Source: Candidatus Latescibacterota bacterium
GTDB taxonomy: Bacteria > Latescibacterota > UBA2968 > UBA8231
DNA length: 64,000 bases
Direction of reading: 5' to 3'
NCBI GenBank assembly: GCA_965197905.1
Contig: CBDAOB010000005.1
Coordinates: 608,001-672,000 of the forward strand
Shown: positions 29,392-39,609 of the stretch, one piece after another
Layout: each line of letters begins with the position of its first letter
Position numbering within the stretch: the stretch's first letter is position 1
The notes under the pieces: generated by a model
The model's input: the letters and a program-made list of their open reading frames with translations, nothing else
Database searches by the model: none
What the model was told of the DNA's origin: nothing
Translations under genes and position numbers: made by a program

Positions 29392-30508
29392 TCAAAGGGC
29401 GCCGAAGATCCACCAGCACGGAATATACTGCCCGGGGGAACCCAAACCTCTGCGTTGGAGATCATGTTCCTGCTGATATTCGAAGTACCCGCCTCCAGAC
29501 CTCTGCATTCCATCGATCCATTCGGCGGCCTCGCGGTAAGCGGCTGTCCTACAAAAGGTATCAGATCCGGTAGCCAGATCGTAAAATCTCGAGGCCACGG
29601 CGATGGCTCCGGTGCCGCGAATATTGGCTTCGGAGGTGACGATCCCTCGGCATCCGTCGCGATGACCATAACCCCCTTTGATCTTGCCGCACCTGTATAC
29701 CTGACTGTTCAGCAATGACTGAATGCTCGGTCGGACCTCCCGGGATACGTAATCCGAGCCGCCGTGCCGCAGCATCAGCAGCGCGTGATAGGCACGCATG
29801 AACGGCATGGTTTCCTCGTCGAACGATTCGAAGGCGGCGCGGATGGATTGGACCAGGCGATCCACGACCGGCTCCAGATCCGGTCGCCAGGCGCGCCATT
29901 CCGCCAGTCCCAGCAGGAACATGGCTTGATAGGCGGCGGGGTTGGAACGCAAGCTGCTGAGATGCTCATCCTTGTCTTCGCGGAAGTAGCCGTCCGCCGA
30001 ATTCCACATGGGAAGCAGGTAGGTCAATGCCCGCTCCACCATTTCCCGATAACAGTCGTTTCCGGTAAGATTCTGGAACTTGGCCACGGCGTAGGCGACC
30101 GCGCCCACAACCGGGGGATCCTCGCGCTCCCAAGTGGGGCGTCGCTCTTCCTCGGACGCGGTGAACTCCAGTCCGTCAGGGCCCAGGTCGAGGGTCCACC
30201 CGCCGGAAGGTTTCTGCAAGCGCTGCAAGCGATCGAGAACCCGCGTCGCACCGTCGAGGATCTCGGCTTGACTCCCGATTCGGTACGCCTCCAGCAGGAC
30301 CCAGGCGATCTCCGCGGAGGTAGAGATTGCTTTCCGGACCCCAACGTTCTTCAACCTCGTAGGAGCCATCGGCCTCGAGGTGTTCGAGCAGAAGCCGGCA
30401 GGCGGCGAAGGCATCGTCCAGCCGGCTCAGATCGACCGACTCCAGGTTGCCCTCGAGCGGGCTCAGCCCGGTTGGTGGGGAGTTTTCCTGTTCCGACACA
30501 GCATTCAA
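29392..30508 (-). CDS. Hypothetical alpha/alpha-barrel protein; probable frameshift at ~30320
   Basis: The N-terminal frame (30508, ...LEADGSY...) joins the long frame (SAEIAWVLLEAY...LQKPSGGW...MQRSGGGY); QW-like repeats. Confidence 0.6.
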
Positions 30509-30512
30509 CGTT

Positions 30513-31001
30513 TTAGCGACTGTCTCGCGGATTCCTGATGGAGCCGACGGCAGTAAGCAGAACGGCGGTCAGGAGCAGAAAGGCACCGATTGGCAGCAGC
30601 AGAATCCCGGCACCCGGATCTCCGCCGTAGATAATGGTCCCTCCCAGGAAGAAGCCCGCCGGCATGAGGAGGCTCGCCCCCATGAGCGCAGCGGAAACAA
30701 ACGGGGTAGCGAGAGAGAGATCCGGTTTTGCGTGCAGGGTTGCCGCATAGGCGATGTGAACGAGGGACAAAAAGGTGCCGTGGGCGTGAGCGAGCCGCCA
30801 CATCAACCGGCGAGGTTCCGTGCCCACATCCAGATACCAGGATACTTTGAAGCCGTGAAGGCTCTCCAGGAAGATACCCAGGCAAACGAAGAGGAATAGT
30901 GACCACCACCCGAAGCGGAGGTGTCTCGCGACCAGCTGGGTCACTGGCTGGCTGGCGACAGCGTCTTCAGGACTGCCGGCCGCGCGTTTCGATCTGCTCA
31001 T
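30513..31001 (-). CDS. Four-TM membrane protein with conserved His (LHG, AHAHG)
   Basis: Four hydrophobic segments; LRFGWWSL..LG..LE.LHGFK, LAHAHGT, MPAGFFLGG. Confidence 0.75.
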   Translation of the reverse strand: MSRSKRAAGSPEDAVASQPVTQLVARHLRFGWWSLFLFVCLGIFLESLHGFKVSWYLDVGTEPRRLMWRLAHAHGTFLSLVHIAYAATLHAKPDLSLATPFVSAALMGASLLMPAGFFLGGTIIYGGDPGAGILLLPIGAFLLLTAVLLTAVGSIRNPRDSR

Positions 31002-31037
31002 CAGTACCGTGCCCGGGTGCGGACGATCTCGCCACAT

Positions 31038-32993
31038 TTACTCCTGTAGCCAAACCTCGCGATTATTCCTCTCGGCGAAGATCCGTTCGAAAATGTCGTC
31101 GCGCAAGCCACCTTCCGGCGAGATCAGCACTTGCTTCAGGTCTTCGGTTCGATGTTGAGATCGCTCCCATATCGCCTTCGCCTGGCGGGATTTGACGGCC
31201 AGGATTTCAGGCGTCGCGATATAGTCGTATTCGAAGTCTTCGAATTGCGAAAAGGTGGCAAGGGAGCGATAAGCGACCAATCGGACTGCCGCGTAAGGGT
31301 CATTCAATAACGTGGCCAGATAGGGAGGGATCCACTCCCCTCCGGCCACTTTGCGCGCCGCTTCCCAGCCCAGGCTCCAGCCCATGAGCACCCGTTGTCC
31401 CGCATCCCCCCGCAACGTCCACAACACCGACGCAGCAAAGCTGCGCTCGTCTTCACTTAGGACCGGCCGCGGTATGTCGTACCACTCCTTCAGGTACTCA
31501 GACGTCCACGACAGGGTCTTGTCCAGGTGGCACTGGTTACAGGCGTTGGGGCGCCCCGTTTCAACACTGGCGATTACACTCGGTGAATCCACCTGGTGAC
31601 TACGGATTGCCCCCATGAGACCGTAGGTGGTGTGGGGCATGTGGCAGTTGTAGCACAGGCTGCCGCTGGAGCCGGGTTGGTGACGGGTGTGCTGGACGAG
31701 GGTGTCGCCGACAGCCGGGTGACACTGCAGGCAAGCGTCGTTGGTCTCCATTTCCTGCTCCAACTGCTCGTCGGCCCACGTTCGCATCGACCGCGGGTCG
31801 TCGGCGTCTTGATGCATCCGGTGGCAGGAGAGGCACGTCATCGTACGCTCCGCGTCGTCGTGTTGAAAGCAAGGGCTCTCGATCAAGGCGTTGTATTCGC
31901 GTCCGGTGACCCGAATCATGCCGTCCGACCAGAACAGTGTGCTCATGTAGCCGGGATTCTTGTGGAGGAAGTCGTTGACGGCCGGGTGGTCAACACCGTT
32001 GCCAAAATGTTGTCGCGTTATCGCCAGCTCATCGCCGGGCCGATAGCGATTACCAAACTTGGTCCAAGCCCACATCTCCTCTGGCCGGTTTACCGTCATC
32101 AGCACCCCGTGGCACTGACCGCACACTTCTGCGGAACGTTTTGGCGGCAGATGCTGCGGATGAGTCGTCGTGGCATCTCTGCCGCCGAAGAGATGCAGCA
32201 TATATCGTCGCCACGGCTTCTGATTTTCCCGCACATGGTCCTCCCCCGGACCGTGACACGACTCGCAGGCGATGCCGAACTCGCCTACCTGTGTGTCCAT
32301 TTCGCCGCTCGGGTCAAACCGCGCCCGCGGATGGGTTGCGTGGCATTTGATGCAGGAGGTGTTCCAAACCGCCGGCGACCACTTTCGCTCGGGGGGTACC
32401 ACGTAGGAGGCATTGACCGGGACCCAGCGATCTTCGTGAATGAGGTAGAGGACTGGCAACTGAACCACCCTTCGATCATCCCCCACGGCCATCCAGAATA
32501 CCTGCATGTGATGGGAGCCGGTGGTCATGACGATCTTGCGTCGGATCGGCTTTTGCCCCGATCCGGCCGGAGGATCAAGAGCAATCCAAAGATCCTCGCC
32601 GTCACGCTCTAAGCGCAGCGTTTCGCCGCCAATCTCGACCGTACCAGACCAACGTGGCGCCACGCTCTCGGGGCTCGCCACCTGGGTCATGGTCCGGTGG
32701 TAGGATGAGTGCCAGGTGTCGTACTCCTGCGGGTGGCATGATCTGCAAGCGTCGGAGGAGATGTAGCCGGCGTCCGCGACCTGGGTGGGACGATCGGTGG
32801 TTGAAAGCGGTAGCACGACTTCGTCAAGCCGACCGGCCACAGCCCACCCGGCACCAGCGGGTAGAACCAAGAGTAGGGCCGGCGCGCCGGCGCGAAGCCA
32901 GCGGGAATCGGCTCGCCATGCACGCAAGGCCAGCGGAGCGAATGCCAGCGCAACTAGGGCTGCTGCAGCGATCGTTTCAAGGTTGGTTATCAT
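31038..32993 (-). CDS. Membrane-anchored multiheme c-type cytochrome (8 CxxCH) with C-terminal HEAT-like helices
   Basis: CRSCH, CIKCH, CESCH, CGQCH, CLSCH, CLQCH, CYNCH, CNQCH; two N-terminal hydrophobic segments; ATG 32993 overlaps the ggt stop (ATGA). Confidence 0.92.
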   Translation of the reverse strand: MITNLETIAAAALVALAFAPLALRAWRADSRWLRAGAPALLLVLPAGAGWAVAGRLDEVVLPLSTTDRPTQVADAGYISSDACRSCHPQEYDTWHSSYHRTMTQVASPESVAPRWSGTVEIGGETLRLERDGEDLWIALDPPAGSGQKPIRRKIVMTTGSHHMQVFWMAVGDDRRVVQLPVLYLIHEDRWVPVNASYVVPPERKWSPAVWNTSCIKCHATHPRARFDPSGEMDTQVGEFGIACESCHGPGEDHVRENQKPWRRYMLHLFGGRDATTTHPQHLPPKRSAEVCGQCHGVLMTVNRPEEMWAWTKFGNRYRPGDELAITRQHFGNGVDHPAVNDFLHKNPGYMSTLFWSDGMIRVTGREYNALIESPCFQHDDAERTMTCLSCHRMHQDADDPRSMRTWADEQLEQEMETNDACLQCHPAVGDTLVQHTRHQPGSSGSLCYNCHMPHTTYGLMGAIRSHQVDSPSVIASVETGRPNACNQCHLDKTLSWTSEYLKEWYDIPRPVLSEDERSFAASVLWTLRGDAGQRVLMGWSLGWEAARKVAGGEWIPPYLATLLNDPYAAVRLVAYRSLATFSQFEDFEYDYIATPEILAVKSRQAKAIWERSQHRTEDLKQVLISPEGGLRDDIFERIFAERNNREVWLQE

Positions 32994-34627
32994 GATTCCG
33001 CACCCGCACCCGCACCCGCACCCGCCCAACCGTTCCCCCCAGCGCGAACCGACCTTTCTTCCTTGAGCACCTCGGCGCCATGGGCGTTGCCACAGATCCA
33101 GTCCACCACTTCCACGTCATGGCCCATCTTCCGCAGACCGTTGGCGATATCGCTGTTCATTGTATCGAGGATCTCTATTGGTTCTCCGGTCGTCACGTGC
33201 AATCTGGGGGAGCTGGCCACTTGTAACGAGGTGGCCCCGAAATCGACGAGCTGTTGGGCCATCATGGTGGAGACGCAGATAATCCGGCGCCCACCCGGGA
33301 GACCGATAGCCGCATCGCGGTCCATCGAGCGGACCAGCAGGGGACAGCCGTTATTCAGCGGCCGTTTCCCGGGGGCAACCGAGTTGGCCCGGCCCGGATG
33401 GGGATTGAACCGGCACATTCCATGTCCCAAAATAATTCCGGTTCCGGGTACGGTAAAACAGGAGCCGAATTTCCCGCCCTGGGTCACGGTCATGGAGACC
33501 ACGTTGCCCTCTATGTCGGTCGCCGAGATGTGATGGGTATGGGTATTGGATTTCCCAGACGCCCCTTGGGTGGAGCGGTCGACGTTCTCGGGAAACTGCA
33601 GCAGAGTCTCGACACGGCCACGAGCGCAATCGGCGCTGAGAAGCTGTTCTATGGGGACCTCCATAAAGTTGGGGTCGGCCAGGTAGAGCAGTCGGTCTCG
33701 CCAGGCTAGCTTGGCCACCTCCGCAAGCCGATGCCAATATATCGCCTGGTCCGCATTCACCGGCTCGAAACAGTCCAACATCCGCAACATCTGCAGGGGA
33801 GTAAGCGAACCGTGCGTGAGGACGGGTCCGTAGACTCGAGCATCGCGGTAACGCACGGCGTACGGCTCGCCCACCTCGGCTTCGTAGGACGCCATATCCT
33901 CACGACTCAAGATCCCGCCCGCTGCTCGCACGCTGTCGGCGATGGTGCGTCCCAGGTCTCCGTCATAGAAGTCCCGCCAACCGGCCGTGGCCAGGCGGCC
34001 AAGGGTCTTTTCCATGTCGGGGCGATGCCAGGTCTCATCCGCACCCGGGAGCCGTGCATTCGGCATGAGGTGGCGGACGGTCGGCTCGTACCTGCGAATC
34101 GCCTCTGCGCATTCGGCGGTGTCGTCGGCCAGCTCGCGGCCATAGGGAAATCCATCCTCCAACAGCTGGCGGGAGTGGCCCACAATCCGTTCCCATGGTT
34201 GTTGCCCCCAGCGCTCCCACAGGGTGCCCATCGCTGCCATCTGCCCAGGCACGGCTACCGACAGGGGACCGTAAACGTTGGCGTCGCCGCGGACGCTACA
34301 TCCGTATTCGTCTTCGTTGATGCCTATAGGATTCGAACGGCGGGGAAGGACTTCGAACATCGACTCGTGGGCGGTCGCCGGTGCTTTGCCGCTGGCGTCC
34401 AGTGACCAGGTTTCTCCGGTGGATCCGTCGACCACGACGGCCGACGACATGTAGCCGCCGATCCCGTTCTTGTGGGGAGCCAGCATACAACAGGCGAGGG
34501 CGGCGGCCGTCGTCGCATCCATGGCGTTACCGCCCTGCTCCAGAACTCGCGCCCCGACGCGGGCCGCCTCGTCCGGCGAGGCGGCAACGGCACCTTTTAT
34601 GGAGACGACCTCGTACCCTTCGATCAA
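32990..34627 (-). CDS. ggt: Gamma-glutamyltransferase family (Ntn hydrolase)
   Basis: GAVAA, GGNAMDA, NGIGG, VAVPG, FYDG, HTHHIS (catalytic Thr region), PGKRP, LPGGR; probable TTG start after GAGGG. Confidence 0.9.
   Translation of the reverse strand: MIEGYEVVSIKGAVAASPDEAARVGARVLEQGGNAMDATTAAALACCMLAPHKNGIGGYMSSAVVVDGSTGETWSLDASGKAPATAHESMFEVLPRRSNPIGINEDEYGCSVRGDANVYGPLSVAVPGQMAAMGTLWERWGQQPWERIVGHSRQLLEDGFPYGRELADDTAECAEAIRRYEPTVRHLMPNARLPGADETWHRPDMEKTLGRLATAGWRDFYDGDLGRTIADSVRAAGGILSREDMASYEAEVGEPYAVRYRDARVYGPVLTHGSLTPLQMLRMLDCFEPVNADQAIYWHRLAEVAKLAWRDRLLYLADPNFMEVPIEQLLSADCARGRVETLLQFPENVDRSTQGASGKSNTHTHHISATDIEGNVVSMTVTQGGKFGSCFTVPGTGIILGHGMCRFNPHPGRANSVAPGKRPLNNGCPLLVRSMDRDAAIGLPGGRRIICVSTMMAQQLVDFGATSLQVASSPRLHVTTGEPIEILDTMNSDIANGLRKMGHDVEVVDWICGNAHGAEVLKEERSVRAGGNGWAGAGAGAGAES
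32998..33027. repeat. Hexamer microsatellite (ccgcac)x4 plus a variant copy at the ggt/cytochrome junction
   Basis: Read directly; encodes the AGAGAGAGA tail of GGT. Confidence 0.9.
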
Positions 34628-34673
34628 CGAACCCTCAAACGACGCTGGCGCGCAGGCGGCGGGAAAAGAACAG

Positions 34674-36140
34674 CTACTCGATCCAGAACGAGAACAGGCG
34701 GGCCTGGCGTAGATAGAGCTTGAGGCGCACGGGCTTCTCAAAGACGAGGTCATGGGGGTGTTTCCATTTGATCTTCGCCCTGGTGCTGTCGCCGGTGAAC
34801 GGTTCCGGGCTCTCTGCGGGCACCCAGAAGCCGTCGTGCGGCTTCCGCGTCTCGCCGTCGACGAGCTCGGCGTAGATCTCACCCCAGCTGGCGTCGGCGT
34901 TGATGTAAACATCCTCTCCCTTAAGCTCAAACGGTTTGGAGAGCATCGTGCCGCATTCGCCGCCGTCGAGCGAGACGAAGCCGTCCGGCCGCAGCTTTGC
35001 CAGCGTCAGCGCGCCGCTGTCTTCGAAATGCTCCGGTTTTACGTTGAGCCGAAACAGCTCCTGGGCGCGGCCAAACTCCTTGAATTTCTCGATTGACCCC
35101 GGCATGCGCAGGGCGTTGTAGTAGCACCAGATCTCGCCGTCTGCCTGCACGATCGGGTGACCCGCCATCAGCAGCTGACTGCAGCCGTAATTCTCGCCGT
35201 CGAACGGTTCCAGGCCGATGAACAGGGCCCGGTCTGCCACCCGTTGCCAATTGTAGAGATCGCGGGACACGGTCATCTCGATCTGGTTGATACGCGTATG
35301 GTTGGTGCCGGGTGGCGGGTTGGCGCCGAACGGATTGAAGATGGTCGGAAACCCGATGTAGAAACCCTGATACGGCAGCACTGCCATGTTGTAACACTCG
35401 GCGATGTAATCCTCGTCGTCGATGACCGGCGGCGTTATGTAGAGCGGGTTCTCGATCACTTCCCGCACCCTCTGGCGCCGGTTCTGGCGGTCGATCTCAT
35501 CGGTGTGAAAGATCAGTTTTGGTTCGCTGAACTCGCGAAAGTCCGTGCTGGTGGATAGCCACACCGACCGTCCCCACTCGGTGCTCAACTTGACCATGGC
35601 GAGGAACTGATTGGACTGGTGATCGTGAGTGAACTGAGACTCGTCCTGACTGGGAATGGGGGAGGTGTCCACCAGGTTCCAGTGAAAGCCATCCGGCGAC
35701 ACGGCCGGGTAGCGATTGCTCGCGCTCAGCATCCCCTTGTAACGTCGTTCCGGATCCGGATCGGTTTCGTCGCGAACAATATGGTAGAGGCGCCCGGGAC
35801 TTTTCTCGTTCGGATCGAATGCCGCCTGGCCGGCTGGATCGTAGGCGATGTTGTTTTCTTTGGACCCTTTCCATTCGAACAGCCCCAGGTTCGGTTGCTC
35901 CCAGTGCTCGCCGTCATCGGAGGTTGCGTAATAGACATTTTCCCCGAAGTACCACCACTCCCACAGATTCTTGTCCGAATTCCATTGCGGACAGGTCCTG
36001 CTCTGAATGCCACCGGTAATTACGGGCCCCCATTTCTTCGGGGAATGGATGGTGCGGGTCGCGCCTTTGATGCTGTCGGCGGCGAAGTCATCGACAAAGA
36101 GCTGCCGGTAGGTCTTGGGATCGATCAGTCCGTTTTTCAC
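34674..36140 (-). CDS. Putative five-bladed beta-propeller glycoside hydrolase (GH32/43-like) hypothetical protein
   Basis: RQLFVD, YYATSDDG.HW, RRYKG, SPDG.HW, YNMAV, SRDL..W, RPDGFVSL; GTG start after AGGAGG. Confidence 0.7.
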   Translation of the reverse strand: MKNGLIDPKTYRQLFVDDFAADSIKGATRTIHSPKKWGPVITGGIQSRTCPQWNSDKNLWEWWYFGENVYYATSDDGEHWEQPNLGLFEWKGSKENNIAYDPAGQAAFDPNEKSPGRLYHIVRDETDPDPERRYKGMLSASNRYPAVSPDGFHWNLVDTSPIPSQDESQFTHDHQSNQFLAMVKLSTEWGRSVWLSTSTDFREFSEPKLIFHTDEIDRQNRRQRVREVIENPLYITPPVIDDEDYIAECYNMAVLPYQGFYIGFPTIFNPFGANPPPGTNHTRINQIEMTVSRDLYNWQRVADRALFIGLEPFDGENYGCSQLLMAGHPIVQADGEIWCYYNALRMPGSIEKFKEFGRAQELFRLNVKPEHFEDSGALTLAKLRPDGFVSLDGGECGTMLSKPFELKGEDVYINADASWGEIYAELVDGETRKPHDGFWVPAESPEPFTGDSTRAKIKWKHPHDLVFEKPVRLKLYLRQARLFSFWIE

Positions 36141-36207
36141 GGTGCTTCCTCCTGAGGTGAGTGCGTAATTCGAGAGGTCGGTAGCCGGTTTTGGGACATC
36201 TACTCCC

Positions 36208-37470
36208 CTACCGTCTCGATGAATTGCGCAGCGACGAATCGGGCATTGACTGGATCTGCGTGAACAGCTCGGGCAATCGGTCGATTCCGACTCGCTGGGA
36301 CGAAGCCGGACTGCGATCGGCGGTGAGAAAGGTCTCGCGGAATCCGGACCCACTGAGCATCGCGACCACAGTGCCTTCATCCAGCCTGCCGCTCTGGCGT
36401 AAGCGGTTTAGGCCCGCGATACATGCGGCACTGGACGGCTCCGCGTAGAGTCCCTCGCTGCGTCCTAGTTCAGCCCCCGCTTGCAGCGCTTCTTCGTCGC
36501 TGACCGAGACGAAGAAACCCCCGGAGTCGCGGACGGCGCTAAGAGCATCTGCCCCGTCAGGGGGGAAGGGGTGGGCAATCTTGACCAGAATGGAAGGGGG
36601 AAGATCCTCATAGGGAAGCGCCAAAAGCTCGTCTTGTGTTTCGAGTCCCCGATTCAGCGCCACTTCCAGCCCGTTGTAGTCGCCGGGCACGACGCCGATC
36701 ATCTGCGGCAATTGGGATATCTTCCCCATCCGTTCCAGGTCGCGGAAACCCCGCCAGATGCCGGCAATGGAACCGCCACCCCCCACCGGCACGAGCATGC
36801 GATCCGGGGCGTGACCGAGCTGCTCGACGATTTCGTAGGCGACAGTTTTGTTGCCCTCGCTCTGATACGGATTGGCTGCCCGGGTCGTGGTGCTCACGTA
36901 GAGCCCCAGATCGTGACAGATCTCGGTTACCCGCACAACAATCAGATCGATTTCCGCCTCCACCTCCACGATATTGCAGCCGAGCGCCTCCATGGGGAAG
37001 ATGCGATCCCGGGGAACCCCGGAGGACATCACCGCTATGCTGGCCATGCCGGCACGGCTGGCCATCGCCGCGTTGGAGATGCCGGCGCTTCCGGTGGAGA
37101 CGACGACTGATGCTCGGGCTCCAATCGCGCGCCCGTGATTGATGGCCACGGCAAGGGAGCGGTCTTTGTGGGAGCCGGTTGGATTGCGCGCCTCGTCCTT
37201 GATGAAAATCTGCAGGTCGCCGTCGCCAGTGACCGGTAGGAGGGGGGTGCCTCCCTCTCCCAGAGTGGTTATTGCCTCGGGTCCTTCGACGGGCAGCAGG
37301 GGCCAGAAGCGCCACATGCTGTTGCCGAACCGCGGGTCCCATGCGATGCTTTCGTAGTTGTAGGAAAACTCCAGGCGGCCGTGGCAGACCGAACACAAGG
37401 AGGCCTGCGGTTCGGTTTCCTGGTGCCGACAATCAGAGCAGCAGACTTCGAATCGGCTCAAGGCGGTCAA
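36208..37470 (-). CDS. thrC: Threonine synthase-like PLP enzyme with N-terminal CxxC...CxxC
   Basis: LGEGGTPL, KDE.RNPTGSHKDR (PLP lysine), STG.AG, EGNKT.AYEI, VPVGGG, EPSSA, SGSG. Confidence 0.85.
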   Translation of the reverse strand: MTALSRFEVCCSDCRHQETEPQASLCSVCHGRLEFSYNYESIAWDPRFGNSMWRFWPLLPVEGPEAITTLGEGGTPLLPVTGDGDLQIFIKDEARNPTGSHKDRSLAVAINHGRAIGARASVVVSTGSAGISNAAMASRAGMASIAVMSSGVPRDRIFPMEALGCNIVEVEAEIDLIVVRVTEICHDLGLYVSTTTRAANPYQSEGNKTVAYEIVEQLGHAPDRMLVPVGGGGSIAGIWRGFRDLERMGKISQLPQMIGVVPGDYNGLEVALNRGLETQDELLALPYEDLPPSILVKIAHPFPPDGADALSAVRDSGGFFVSVSDEEALQAGAELGRSEGLYAEPSSAACIAGLNRLRQSGRLDEGTVVAMLSGSGFRETFLTADRSPASSQRVGIDRLPELFTQIQSMPDSSLRNSSRR

Positions 37471-38281
37471 GCAGTCGCTGCTTCCCTCGACCAGACAAGC
37501 GGCACCATCGCCTCGTCGTCCATGACATCGCCGATGCGCAGGCTGCGGGCTCGCTCGACGGAGAGGATATTCTGCAGTCCGTTGAAGGTGGCTCCGTTAG
37601 GCATGTAGGAGCAGGTCATGGCTCGACGCCAATAGGGGGTCATGTTAGGGCCGGCCGCATGGGCTATCGTGCTGTTGTGAACGCCCGCCCGCCCCTCTTG
37701 AGCTCTACAGGTACTGCTTCGACCATCTTGAGCTCAGGATAGATATCGAACAGATCGGGCATGTCGGCTCCGGTGGTGGAGGAGCCGAGGTCGTGTTGGG
37801 TGACCTTGTGGGAGCCCGGAAGATAGTAGAGGCAGCCGTTCTGGATGGTCACTGGATCGAGTGCCACCCAGATGGTGACCGACTGGTAGGAATGAAAGGA
37901 CCACTTGGGGTTGTCCATGTGCCATGACGTGGCGTTGCCCCACGGCGCTTTCTGCAAGGTCTGGTCGTGCCACATCCGAATGCCGTCAATACCGGCAAGC
38001 CGGCAACACATCTCACCCACCTCCGGTGCCAGGAAATATCGACGCACCGTCTCGCTAATCTTCCAGAGATTCAGTCGCTGCAGAAAGATTTTGCTGTACT
38101 GGTCATTGTCCACGAGATCGCGGCCCTCGCCCGCAATCCGTCTATTTCCCAACTCCTCGATGCACTCTTCGATGGCAGACAGAAGCTCTGCGATTTCGTC
38201 CTCACCGAGGAATTCGTCTATTATGGTAAATCCGTCCCGGTCGAACGCTTCGATCTGTTCCTGGGTGATCTGCGTGTTCAT
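37467..38281 (-). CDS. PhyH-family dioxygenase; frameshift at ~37690
   Basis: WHDQ.L.K, WHMD, IWVALD..NGCL.YLPGSH; the other frame continues HNSTIAHAAGPNMT...RRAM to TGA 37467, overlapping the thrC start. Confidence 0.85.
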
Positions 38282-38307
38282 GGTGATGCGCTCCCTTCGC
38301 GGATACC

Positions 38308-38682
38308 GTGATCGCCGGCGCCAATGAGGCAAAGTATGAGGAATTTCGATTCCAGGTCAACCGAAACGCAACCTTAGAGCGGGAAATGCTGGAAGCGCTA
38401 GCCCAACACCCGAATTTGACCATCAAGCTGCCCGGATTCGGTGAGATCTGCGAGTTGCCCTATCCCTTTCAGGAAGTGCCCGAGGCGGTCCGTGATTCGC
38501 TGGAGGCATTTGGACCGGAGCGCGTTATGTGGGGCAGCGATTTTCCGCCGGTCAGCACCCGAGAAGGGTATCATCACTCGCTGGATTTTCCGCTGCAGTA
38601 TCTCGCCGATCTCAGCGAACAAGACCGCGAGTGGATATTTGGCGGCGCGGCGCTAAAGGTGTGGGGCTTTCGAGGGGAGTGA
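38308..38682 (+). pseudogene. C-terminal fragment of an amidohydrolase_2 (LigI/fuconolactonase-like) gene
   Basis: HPNLTIKLPG, FGPERVMWGSDFP, IFGG.A..VW present; N-terminal HxH half missing; in-frame TGA at 38284. Confidence 0.7.
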
Positions 38683-38688
38683 GCGTGG

Positions 38689-39609
38689 CTAGTCCACCAG
38701 CTTCGGATCCAGTGCGTCCCGCAACGCGTCGCCGACCACGTTGAGCGAATAGATAATCCCAAACATCACGATGATCACTCCCACCAATGGCCACCATATT
38801 CCCTGGCTCAGCTCGCCCGTGGCTTCGGAGATCATGGTGCCCCAGCTGGCGCCGTCCTGAATGCCAACGCCAAGGAAGGTCAGGATCACTTCCGATTTGA
38901 TGGCTCCGAGCACGGTGAGGGAGGCGGTGATAATCGCCAGATGCACCACGTTCGGCAGGATGTGACGGAACATGACCGTCATGTTTCCGGCGCCGATCAG
39001 CTTCACCGCAAGGACGTAATCCCTGTTCTTGTGTTTGAGCACCTCACCCCGAATCAAGCGGCACAGTCCTACCCAGCCGACCGCACCCAGGGCGATACAG
39101 ACTGACAGGATGCCTTTGCCCAGCGCGTAGGAGATAGCAATGATCAGCAGGATGTACGGCACCGATGAGATGACGCTGTAGAGCCAGACGACCACCGCAT
39201 CTACCTTGCCCCCAAGATACCCGGACACGGACCCGAAGAAGATGCCCAGCGGAACCGCTATGCCGGTCACCACCAGTCCGATGGTCATCGCGGTTTTGGT
39301 GCCGATCAGGATCTTGTAAAGAATCGAACGGCCGAAGATGTCGGTTCCGAGGAGCTTGGCAAAACTCAAGCTGGGCTCCTCGTAGGAAGAACCGACCCGC
39401 TCCTGGAAATCGGGCAACAACCCCACGTACCCCAGGAGTGCGATCAACAGATAGAGCAGTACGATGCCGAAACAGCTCACCACGTATGGCTTGCGCGACA
39501 GGCGAAACAGCGCTCGGCGGCCGATGCTCTCCCCCTTTGCCGCTCGCAGTGCTCGCGAGTCGCTTCCGCTGCGCACCTCTGTCTCGCTTTGTTCAGTCTT
39601 CACCATCAC
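38689..39609 (-). CDS. oppC: Peptide/nickel ABC transporter permease (OppC/DppC type)
   Basis: LGTD.FGR, EAA-like loop DYVLAVK.IGA, HILPN, LTFLGVG, GDALRDALDP. Confidence 0.92.
   Translation of the reverse strand: MMVKTEQSETEVRSGSDSRALRAAKGESIGRRALFRLSRKPYVVSCFGIVLLYLLIALLGYVGLLPDFQERVGSSYEEPSLSFAKLLGTDIFGRSILYKILIGTKTAMTIGLVVTGIAVPLGIFFGSVSGYLGGKVDAVVVWLYSVISSVPYILLIIAISYALGKGILSVCIALGAVGWVGLCRLIRGEVLKHKNRDYVLAVKLIGAGNMTVMFRHILPNVVHLAIITASLTVLGAIKSEVILTFLGVGIQDGASWGTMISEATGELSQGIWWPLVGVIIVMFGIIYSLNVVGDALRDALDPKLVD

Noticed and set aside
34628..34930. 101-aa N-terminal extension of GGT given by the ORF track
   Set aside because: It overlaps the upstream hydrolase gene; GGT homology begins at GAVAA just after TTG 34627.
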